In this document: in pieces, positions 13,480 to 23,760 of the stretch
Position numbering within the stretch: the stretch's first letter is position 1
Layout: each line of letters opens with the position of its first letter
Source: the human T2T-CHM13v2.0 reference genome, Homo sapiens
Assembly: GCF_009914755.1 (NCBI RefSeq)
Contig: NC_060936.1
Strand: one strand, 5' to 3'
Length of the DNA: 64,000 bases
Position numbers and translations under genes: made by a program
Notes under the pieces: model-generated
Database searches by the model: none
Told to the model about the DNA's origin: nothing
Seen by the model: the letters and a program-made list of their open reading frames with translations, nothing else

Positions 13480-15020
13480 GTAAGTAGAAAATCAATCTAA
13501 TATAAAAGAAAATGCTTGAAAATTACCTTAAAAGATGCAAAATAGTGTGCATAACATGATTTTAAAAGTACAATTAACATAACTTTACATAAGCAATACA
13601 GAAAACAATCTTGAATCTTCATCTTCAAATTTATTTAATTGGAAACTAAAATTTTGCTAAGAATTGAATGACAAAGAACTCAAGCCAGAAAATATCCCAG
13701 CAGCCTTTTCATATGGTTAGGATGGGAGTAATTGTGCACCTGCCTTGGATCAAAGCCCTTGGCACCAATGACTATGCTGAGATTTAGGAACATACAGGAG
13801 AGAAGGCCAGTTAAACTAGCAAAATTCAGGGTACTCTGTAACAGCTGATTTCAACCATGAATCCATATATTACCTTTAAATTCCTTTTCAAAACCATTCC
13901 AAACAAGAGATCTTCCCTGATTAGACCCACTGAACTTGGGCAATGCCCCTCCTCTGTGGCCTATTGTTTTATATAGATTCATATTGTAGTGAATAATTTT
14001 ATGTTTCCAGCAAGGTTGCTTTGCTTTGAATTTATGCCATTTTGTAAACTGAATTTAATAAAAATAATGACTCATTTGAATAGCAGTTTAGTTGTTATAA
14101 AATCAGGTTCTCTTTTTTTACATACATCCAAGTATCACCTGATCATCTCACAGGCTTTATCAGCCAATATTATTATTCTACATACCTGGGCATTTTGTGG
14201 GAATTCTGGTTCAGAGAAATAAGGAAATGCACACAACTTATTTCAGAAAGTAAGTGGCAGAGCTGAGACCTGGCCGATTCTTTCTAATTCTACAATGTGT
14301 CTCTTGCCCAAAAGAATATGTCCCTTTCGATGTGCAATCCCCTTATCCTCATCAAGCTCATGTCCCATAATCAATGTATGTCTGAATAAATGAATATAAA
14401 AAAGAAGTATTCTAAATTTAATTACATTTTCATAAATTACAGTGTTTCTCAGGGAACACCAGAAAGTAATGTAGTTGAGTAAATAACATTTTTACCTAAT
14501 CTTAAATCCCTGAAAGTTTTCAGAAAAATAAATATTTCCATCATATTGCTTAAGACAAGTTCACTGTCTCATAAATTTTGATGTCTTTTCATAGAGGAGA
14601 TATGTTTCTTAGAGACCACTTTGTTACAACTAGAGTAGATGATGTGGCTAGAAGAAGCAAGTACTTAAACAGTTTTGACACAGTGTGATATTATTATATC
14701 AATATTCTCTCCAGGGAAACTCTTATATTTATTTTCTTAAATATTGAAATGACAAAATTTGATATCTACATTAAAAAGTAAATAACTAGATTTCTCTTTG
14801 TTGCTTTTCTACTGATAGAATTTTTTAAAAATTTGTATTCATGACAATGAAGGAAAGTATTGTTATTATACTGTATGAGTGAAAAAAACACTTCAGACTC
14901 AGGTTCTGGCTATTGCATTTACCCTTTGTCCTTGGGCAAATATCCTCCCCTAGCTGATCTTCAGTTTCTCTCTTTCAGAAATTCCTAATAATATCACACA
15001 AGTTTCTCGCAAGGATTAAA

Positions 15021-15193
15021 TAGTAGTTCTCAAATCGTGAGCCAGCAACATCAATACTATTAATACCTGGGGAGTAAACTGTGAGGCCCAACCTCTGACC
15101 CAGCAAGTCAGAAATTCTGGGGGTAGGAAACAGCAACCTGGGTTTATAAGATCTCCAGGTGATTCTGATGCACACTCAGATTTGAGAACGATA
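15021..15193. mobile_element. MER5A-like hAT MITE (intron 2)
   Basis: Inverted ends tagttctcaaa...tttgagaac; tcagaaattctgggggtag; ctccaggtgattctgatgcac. Confidence 0.8.
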
Positions 15194-16280
15194 GAAAATT
15201 AGAAACCTATGAGAAAACACTTTGATAAAACTCTAAAATGTGGGTCTATACTACACACATAATACTCCATAAGCTAAAGTCTTATACTTCTCAACTGTGT
15301 TTTAAATACTGCTACCTCACTCCTAAACACCCTAATTCACAAATGCTCAGGATGAAATGCATAATTTGTAAGCAAGGGCTCTATGTGGAGTCACTTGAAG
15401 TTTACTTCCCACATCAATTGTCCGTGGGGCTTTTAAGGAATGTACCTGTAATATACCTGTAGAAGCACAGAACACTCGTCAGGAAAAATTATGTATTTAG
15501 GTCAATATTGTTGTTGTTCTATTTGATTCAGCTAAACAGATTCATCTCTTAACATTTTTTTTCTGTTGCATCTTTTGTTTTTGACTACAGGATTAAACAA
15601 TACATTTCATCACCATGGAAAAATAACCGCTATGATGGCAGGCTGCCATTTAATTCCTGGATTGTAGACTCAAGTACACTGTTATTTAACTCCCCCCACC
15701 AAAAAAACAAAAATTCTTAAATAACTGAGCAGTTCCCAGTGGAAAAATAGTCTGTTCCTATAAATGATATGTTTATGTGATTATTTGCTTAAAAAGCTTT
15801 AGTGAGTAATACCCAGGCAGCACAACCTTTTGACAAATTATCTTTGTTATTCTCTTACAAACTATCCTGACTGAATATTACTTTTGGAATGCATTTTCTT
15901 AGGTTGTCCTGGAGAAATCTCCCCAGAGTTATTTTTAAAGGGTCTACTCTGAGTTTGAAGATGCATAGATAAATGCCAGGCTAGGTATCGTACCCCTGTG
16001 GCTGGACCTATTTTTACACCAAGTCCAGCCTAGTCTCATGCATAATTGTGAAGAAGCCAAGTTTGTCTCTAATGTGTCCAACATCTGCTTTCTATAATCA
16101 CTTCTTCTCTTGATGATGCCTCTGCCTCCAAAAACTTTGAATTCATCTCTCACTCCCTTATGAAAAGCTCTTTTCAGGAAAGGAGAGAGTATTCTACCTG
16201 ACGATTGCCTGTAAGTCCCAAGGAGTTGCCAGCTACCAGGGAAATTTCTTTCCATTTTAATTAATAAAGCCTTAAACTAT

Positions 16281-16420
16281 AGTAGTGGTTCTCAATGTGT
16301 AGTTCCCAGAACATCAACTGGACGGCTGTTAGAGATGAAAATTCTCAAGTCTCACTCCACATCTACTGAATCAGAAATTCTGGGGGTGGAGTCACCAGCC
16401 TTTACACACTTGTTTGAGAC
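16281..16420. mobile_element. MER5A-like fragment (intron 2)
   Basis: agtggttctcaatgtgtagttccc...ctactgaatcagaaattctgggggtgg. Confidence 0.7.
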
Positions 16421-16908
16421 TCCCACTGTAATTAGCGGAGTTTAATTAGAGACTCCAATTAGGAGGGTTTCAGGCATCAGCTGTCATATAGTGTTTAGGA
16501 CAAAGATGCCTTCCTAATGCCTCTTAAATCATATTTTCTTTATTACTAGTCATGAGGTTGTTTGTGCCTGGTATGGTTTCTTAAATAAGCCTACCCAATG
16601 GGGCAGAAATATTGGAATCTCCTGGAGTAAAAGAAGATAGAGGCATTTAGTTTCTCTAATGGATAATAGTCCTCTGTAGATGACTCAAGTCCACTTTTTA
16701 GTCTTCAGTTTGAAGATTTGGACTTCTTGGTTCATTAAGACTGTCTGCGTATAGACAAAATTTAATACTGAAAATTGAAAACACACTAAAAATCTAAAGG
16801 AACATTAGCGGGGGAGGGGGCAACACATTTGCTCTTCTTAATGAAAATAAAGATACATTTAATGACCATGAGCCCTTTAGTCAAAGACATACTCTGCAGG
16901 TTACTTAC

Positions 16909-17794
16909 TTTTAATTTTGTTATGATCAAGGTGAAGGTGCTGCAGATGAGCACTGATTCGGGGAACCTTTGTGAGTTGATTGTGCGACAGTTGAAGATCT
17001 AGAATTGATGATACATCAAATCCTCTTGATGGGAGACCCTCATCTGACAGTTTGTTGTGATTTAGTCTCAAAAAGGCCACTTTAGGAATCACATTAAAAT
17101 AATTTTCTGGTATTCCTTCAATGGAATTGTTGTCTAAAAACAACTGCATTGTATTGGCTGGTAATCTTGGAGGCATATTCCTCAGGGCATTCTTGGCCAT
17201 GTTTAGCTGCATGAGATTCTTGAGTCCTTTAAAAGTGTCTCTTTGAAAGGCATTGTCCACTAATTTGTTGTTCTGTAGGTCAAGAAGGGTCAGGTTCTCC
17301 AGATTGCTAAAGGTCCCTTGAGGAATTCTGGACACCTTATTTCTAGCTAATTGTAATTGTTCTAAACTTCTTGGCAATGGAGAAGGTACCTCCTCTAGCT
17401 CATTATCTTCCAGAAATAAGAAGAGCAACTTCTTCAGCTGGCTTAGGGCTCCTTTTTCAATTCCGTAGTTGGTTATTTTGTTCTTGTTTAGATTTATCCA
17501 TCTTAGCTGGGTGGCATTCTCAAATGGCTTTTCAGGAATGGTTTCTATCAGGTTGTTTTGAAGATAAAGATACCAAATTCTTGAAGGAATAGCAGGAATT
17601 TCTTTGAGACCTCTATTTTCACAATATAAAGCAGTAGGAAAACTGGGTGGGCAGAAACATTCCATGGGACACTCGAAGTCATGAATAGTCCAATCATCTG
17701 AATCATGTACTTCATAGACTTGCCTCACACTTCTAGACCACACAGTGTCTGTTATGAATAACACCCACATGATGAAACAGATTGTGCCTGCCAT
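16909..17794 (-). CDS. KERA: Keratocan coding exon 2 (aa 1-295 plus first base of Ser296): signal peptide, N-terminal cysteine cluster, leucine-rich repeats
   Basis: ORF MAGTICFIMW...LHLDHNKIK with class II SLRP motif CX3CXCX9C (CPMECFCPPSFPTALYC) and tandem LxxLxLxxNxL repeats. Acceptor ttctgtAG|GTGCTATAATG (exon starts 17802); donor A|GTAAGT at 16908. Confidence 0.99.
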
Positions 17795-18472
17795 TATAGC
17801 ACCTACAGAAAAAGGAACACAACTGTTAGATATTTGAAGATCTTGACCTTTAGATAATTTTATACATCAAAATGATCAGTAAACATTGCTTCTTCAGGGA
17901 AGAGGTGAAAATATGTCAACATTTCATACACAGATCTTAATTAATATACATTAGTTAGTAGGCACCATATGCAAAGCATTTTGCAAACATTGAGAATAAT
18001 TCACCGACTTGTAGCTTTCTGGTTGTAACCCAAACACAATAAAAGCCGAGAAATGGAAAGAAAATTTTAGCAGCTCTAAGTGTTTTTCCATTTCAAGCTA
18101 TTTAATTTAAAGAACTGAACTGAAACCAGTAGTTGAATATGAGAGTACAAAAAAGTGATCTTTTAAAAACTCAAACTGGGAATCTGTGTTGTTCCTGAGA
18201 GGAAAGCATATGCTTTTACTTTTACTCTTAAATGAGCAGAACATCTGGATGAGATTTCCTAGGCCTTTTGGCCCTTGAACCAAAGGAATGAAGGGATCAA
18301 AGAACATTTTAGCACTTTATGGTGAAGGAAGGTTCTAGGATCTGAATAAAAATGTAATTAATCTGTTATTCTCTAGCTCAACCTCTCAGGTAAGTTTTTT
18401 GAGGGTGGGGGAAGATGTCTATAATTTTAAGCACACAATTAAGTTGTTCAGCCAAGCTATTGAATTATCAAT

Positions 18473-18476
18473 TCTC

Positions 18477-18510
<34 letters not shown>

Positions 18511-18580
18511 AGAGAATATGTATATTCTGTCTCTATATATGTATATATATGTATATATAGAGATAGAGTTTATTATATAG
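18473..18580. repeat. (CT)n followed by TA-rich repeat (KERA intron 1)
   Basis: Seen directly. Confidence 0.9.
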
Positions 18581-19253
18581 AGTTGAATACATTGTGATGT
18601 ATAGCACAAGTACATGAGTATTGTATTCAACTATGCCATTATTATGGTTGATAAGAAACAAAAACAACCAAAAACATATTTAGGATACGGGTGGAGAATT
18701 TCTTTATATTCATATTATCAGTGTGGATAATGGAAAGTAGGTTAGCGTTTACTAATATTTGATACATTTAAAACACATAAACCCTCCCCACTGATCATCA
18801 AAGATTATTGGTACAAATAATTATTTTAACAGGAAATATACATATATATTTTAATAATTTATAGCATACATATGTTACATATATATTTATATATATATAT
18901 ATCAGTAACATTCTGACCAATGTACATTTATTGAACTGATTGATAATAGGATGAAATAAATTTTACTGATTCCTTAGGAAAAGATAAAGTCAACTTCATT
19001 TATGAAATGCTGATCATTCAATTTTGCCATTAAATTGCAGAAAACAAGTGCAGAACTGCTTCTGCAAGCTGTCAAATTTTCTAGGATTGCAGAACGCTGC
19101 TCTGGCCATGTTCCAACAAAGAAACATCATTTTTTTTTTTTCTTTTTCAGAATAGGGTTTTGGTTTAGTTATTGAAGTTGTAACCCTGCGTCTGTTGAAT
19201 AAGTACTTTGCATGCTTAACTTTAAGAGTTTTTAAAAGTGCAAAATAGTTTAC

Positions 19254-19530
19254 CTTGCCTTCCAGGAATACACCGTTGAGTCCTGTGTCTCAGTCTGAGG
19301 TTTGCTAAAAATCAGTTAAGAGAAAAAAAAAACTTTGACGAAAATAATTTGTTTTTACTTTAAGCTGTCAAGTCTCCTATGAGAAACAGTGAAACCTACT
19401 CGTCCCAGTCACCATGAACACCTTTGATCTATTGTTTCCACTTTGACAGGGCTTCAGAAGACTGCTTACCTCAGCCTTCTTGGATCTTCTTCTTCCTTTT
19501 CTATTGGTCACTGCTTGTACATGGTAATGG
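19254..19530 (-). other. KERA: KERA non-coding exon 1 (5' end approximate)
   Basis: Donor GGCAAG|GTAAAC with GT at 19253-19252; non-repetitive sequence; CATAAAAA about 30 nt upstream of ~19530; fits the known 3-exon class II SLRP layout. Confidence 0.7.
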
Positions 19531-19800
19531 ATTGACCCAGGCTCCACTGTCGTGTTTTTATGAATCCTCGGTAAAATATATGCACTAGTAGATCCAAATT
19601 TAACCCCTCCAACAACCACGGAATCTTAGTGCCTACACAGCCCAGCAAAGGAAATTCTTACTTTAATCCTAAGGACTCATAAAAAAATTTCTAGGCAATT
19701 TTCATTCCTAATTCACAGTTCAATTCATTAGTATATGTTGTCATGTACTGATATCCAGACCTTATTTACCAATAGGCAGCTGAAGGCAGTTTTAAAGTAT
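19531..19800 (-). promoter_or_regulatory. KERA proximal promoter
   Basis: TATA-like CATAAAAA (minus, ~19563-19556), TAATCC at 19664-19669, CATTCCT at 19703-19709, forkhead-like TTATTTAC at 19762-19769, CAGCTG at 19777-19782. No CpG island. Confidence 0.55.
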
Positions 19801-20999
19801 AACAAAAAGATATTTTAAAAGATTTTAAAACATTTTCCCTAGATGATCATTTCTTAAAAATTGAATACAAATAATTAAAAGCCAATGTCTTCTGTTTATA
19901 TGGACATATTTTATCTGTTCCTGATATAAAATAGATGCTGTAATGTGTTTGACTAAGGGAAAAATAAATAAATATATGTATTTGAAAAAATGTAAATGTG
20001 ATATCTGGAAAGCACTACCTGATTTTGGTGCTAATCTTGGTATTATGCTTTTTTTCAGAGAAATAATTTTTGTATCCCTATTTCCTATTATATTTCTTTT
20101 AACAATTTATTCCAAGTACCTGCTAAGGTGGGATAATTTTTTATTCATTATAATATAACACATGTTTTGCATATAGTCCCTTATGAGACATTCTGTTACA
20201 CTGCTACTTTTTTCTTTAACACATATCTAAACTAGTGTGTCCTCCACTTCTGATACTTGATGAAAAAAAATTATGCTTCTTGAGAAAAGATGCAAACAAA
20301 AAATATTTCATTTAGGTGTTATTATGTGGATTGATTGTTGTTTTGTTTTTCAAAATCTCTCTTATTCTAGCTTCAGTGAATGTTATATGACTCATTTAAC
20401 AGCTCACATGAGTATTGTCAAAGAGCACCGTGAAGAGGATTAAGCATTGGATTCAGAGGACCTTTTGTGAACCACCTCTTTCCTCTCTCCTAACCATAGG
20501 AGGGTAAATTAAAGTTCAGTTTTGTCATCTACAAAATAGTAATGGATTGCTTCACAGAGTTAGGTCTAGTTTGTTATAAACAATTACAGAAATAATAGCC
20601 TTATTTGGAATTAGCCCTACACTCTCAACTGGAAAATGCATTTATATTAAAGGGTTTTTATAGATTGAGATCCTATTTTGACATGATTTTTTACTAGTCC
20701 TATAGGTATGTAGGTGTACTCACATCACATTTTAAGAAGACAACCAAGTGTTACTTGCTTTCTCACAACAATTGTCTCCTCTCTCTGTTGCATTTCTCCC
20801 TCTCCTTTTCCTAAACCCTCAGGATTTAAACAACAGATGATCTTCAAATCTGCATGGCCCTCTTCCAGCTATTGTCTTACTGTTGATTTTTTTAGCCAAA
20901 CTGATTTTAGTCTTTTTATAATTTTCTTATACAAATGTTGCTACATGTTCATTGTAGGAAAATTAGAGTAGTATACTGGCTGCCTCCAATCTATTTCCT

Positions 21000-21640
21000 C
21001 TTCACCATTCCACTCATGATCTGCCAACCAAAATATGACTTCTAATTCTGCTTCCCTAAAATGGTTCTGACAGAAAATCAGCAATGATCCTCACATTTAC
21101 TCATCTGTTGAAGTCTTTTAGTGTTAAGCATACTTGGCCTTTGACAATACTGACCCACCCCCTTTTATTAAATGTTCGTCTTAGTTGTTCTGACATTACT
21201 CTTTCCTAGTTTTTCCTCCCATTTTCTGGTGACTTCTCTCTGTCTATATCCCAAAGCTCTATTTCCTCTTTATAACATTATTTAAGAGCATCTCTAGCAT
21301 TTGGAACCCTTTGAGATTCTGTCCTCTGCTTTGTGCTCTTCTTGCTCTATACACATTTCCTGCATGATTCTATGGTTCCAACCATCTCCTCCATCATGGT
21401 AACTCCTGAGTCTGTATCTGCAACCCAGCTTCTAGAAGACCTGCTTTCCAATGTGTGTGTATATCTGCTTTCTAGACATCTCCTGTTGCATGTCTCAAGG
21501 GCATATATGTAAAACGAAATTCTCTGTCTCCTTTTACTTCTAACTGCTCCTGTCATTTTATACTTTTGAGACTTTTGTCACATTCAGTCTCCCAAACCAC
21601 AAATCTGGAAATCATTCTTAACTCTTCTCTCTCATTCTGT
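21000..21640 (-). mobile_element. L2 fragment
   Basis: gacattactctttcctagttttt...tctgcaacccagcttc...agacatctcctgttgcatgtctc...aatctggaaatcattcttaactcttctct. Confidence 0.6.
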
Positions 21641-23539
21641 GCGCATATGATAATAATCACATTTTAAGGACTTTGGGAGACATGACACAAATAAAAATGA
21701 TCATCTACAATGCTTGCCGAGTTTTAATATCATTGTTTCCAGACTAAAAACATAGAATTGTTTCCACTGTCAGGGTAATCACTATCTGTGTCTCGATTTT
21801 TCCTGTAACATTCTAATCTACTTTTCTTCGATTATTGATTCTTGAAGAGTGGGTACTTTAACTCTTCTCTGGAACTGTTTAAGTTGAATAAATTTCAGAA
21901 GTTAGTAAGAATGTCTGAGTCATATGAACTGATATAAAAATTAATAAAAGACTCTGACTAGTCCTATCTGATATTTCAAAAAGGTAGAAAGGAATCCTAA
22001 AGTTTAATAAGGTGGCTATGGCACAATCTATCTAGTGACAATTTGATATTTTAAATGTCTATGAGGCTTTGCACATAGCAAGTAGTCAACACATGTTTAC
22101 TGAAGGAATAAATGAGCAAATAAACATATAAGGCACTTGTATCACTTTTATAGCCATGAGTTTTTGATCAGCATAATTGTGTAAGTAGGAACATAATGGA
22201 AAGCCTTAGATTTTGATGTTTTAAAAATGTGAGTTTGAATTTTCCTTTGGCAACTTAGTAGTTGCTTGGCCTTGCATAGGCCATTTAACTATCATGAGCC
22301 TAAGTCTCCCGATAATGTATTTTCCCTGAGAAGTGCTCGAGGTCATCTTAAGATCAAATGAGATAATGAAGGTGAACATGTTGGATAAGTATAGACAATT
22401 TTCATAGTGAAAAATTCAAAGTTCAAGGGGATCTTACAAATCATTTCTGCAAACTTTGCTTTCACATATGAGGAAATGATGCCAGAAATTTATTTCAGAA
22501 GAGAATGTGATAGTCGATAATTTTGCCTTCCAGACATAAATCCTTTCAGAAATTTGATAGGAAATAAAGCTGTTGTTGTTGTATTTTTTGTAACTTCCCT
22601 CCTTTTTTTTTTTTTAGCATTTTTTGTTTTAAATTTACTTATATTGCTTCTACTTCTTCCTACTAAAAAGGAAGATACTTTGCTAAACTGTCTTTCACTA
22701 AGGAATTTAGCTTGTCACATTCTTGAAGACATTGACATTTAGAAAAGAAGACAATGCATGAGTGGATAAAAGACATGAAATTTCAAATTTGCTGGCACTT
22801 GTATCTGACACATCTGTTTTCAGCGATGGTTGGATGGACTCCTTAGGTGCTCCTGGGAGCTTTGTTTATTTAGAATTGATTGAACTTTTGCTAAGAAAAA
22901 GAATTTTCTCTTAATAAATCAATTTCAGCTTTGTTTGACTAAACTTTGTTATATAATTTTTTAAATATAAAAGGAATCTACTAAAATATATATCTAACAC
23001 ACATATACACACACATATATATAAAATCTTAAAATGTCAAAGTAAGACATTTAAAATAGTGTAATGATAATTTAAAAAGTCAAGACTACCACAAAACTCA
23101 TAATGAAGGTAATAATTACCAACCCCACCCATTTCAGTGTAAGCCCTGCTCCCAAGAGGCCATTATTTTTAACTTTATTCGAAAGCTTTTTTTTAGTATT
23201 TGCTTTAATATTCCAGCTTATGTTATTTTTTAATTTGTCAATTTAACCTTTTTAATTAAGTTAACATTTAACATGCTTTCTCAGTCCCATATATGCATAT
23301 CACAAGCTTTTATTAAATGAATATTTAGTGCATACTTTTTTATACAATATAAACATTGTCTACTACTAAAACATTGCAAAAGTACTATAGATTCTTTATT
23401 GTAGCACATTTATTTGCTTTCTCTCTGTATATGTAACTGTACATAATACATTACATATACAAATATTTCATTCATATTTTCCAAAATCTCAAACAGAATT
23501 GTAAAATCATTTGAAAAAATTGTTTCCACTCAGTGAATA

Positions 23540-23760
23540 GAGGCAAATGGCATGGTGCTTAAAGCCACACCTGCTTGGGTTTGAATACATCTCTGCTATT
23601 TAGTGGCTGTGAGATCTTAGACAATTATATTTCTAGTTTTCTCTGCCTTAGTCTCCTCATCTTTAAATTAACAATAATAATAACAATGATACTAATATGT
23701 ACCTCATAAAGTTGTGGTGAAGATTAAATGAGTCAATATTTTGAAACGACTTAGAACATT
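23540..23760 (+). mobile_element. MIR
   Basis: tgggtttgaat...gctgtgagatcttagacaa...ctctgccttagtctcctcatctttaaa...gttgtggtgaagattaaatgag. Confidence 0.8.

Larger units (their letters stand above)
11990..19530 (-). other. KERA: Keratocan gene span (3 exons; outer ends approximate)
   Basis: Two coding exons joined by canonical GT-AG sites, an upstream donor at 19253, a TATA-like element at ~19556-19563 and AATAAA at 12006-12011. TSS and cleavage site are inferred. Confidence 0.9.

Noticed and set aside
17371-17592. 73-aa antisense ORF overlapping KERA exon 2
   Set aside because: Short shadow ORF with no recognisable motif or independent gene signals.
16901-17794. 297-aa ORF as the complete keratocan protein
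   Set aside because: The terminal SK* is read-through of the A|GTAAGT donor; splicing to 13031 restores the 352-aa protein with its C-terminal cysteines.
19305-19330. U12-type intron suggested by CTCTTAAC 10 nt before the AG
   Set aside because: The only matching donor is GTAAGC (U2 type), not RTATCCTT.
19377-19619. 80-aa minus ORF across the KERA promoter and exon 1
   Set aside because: Begins at GTG upstream of the inferred TSS; only its internal ATG at 19415 is kept as a possible uORF.
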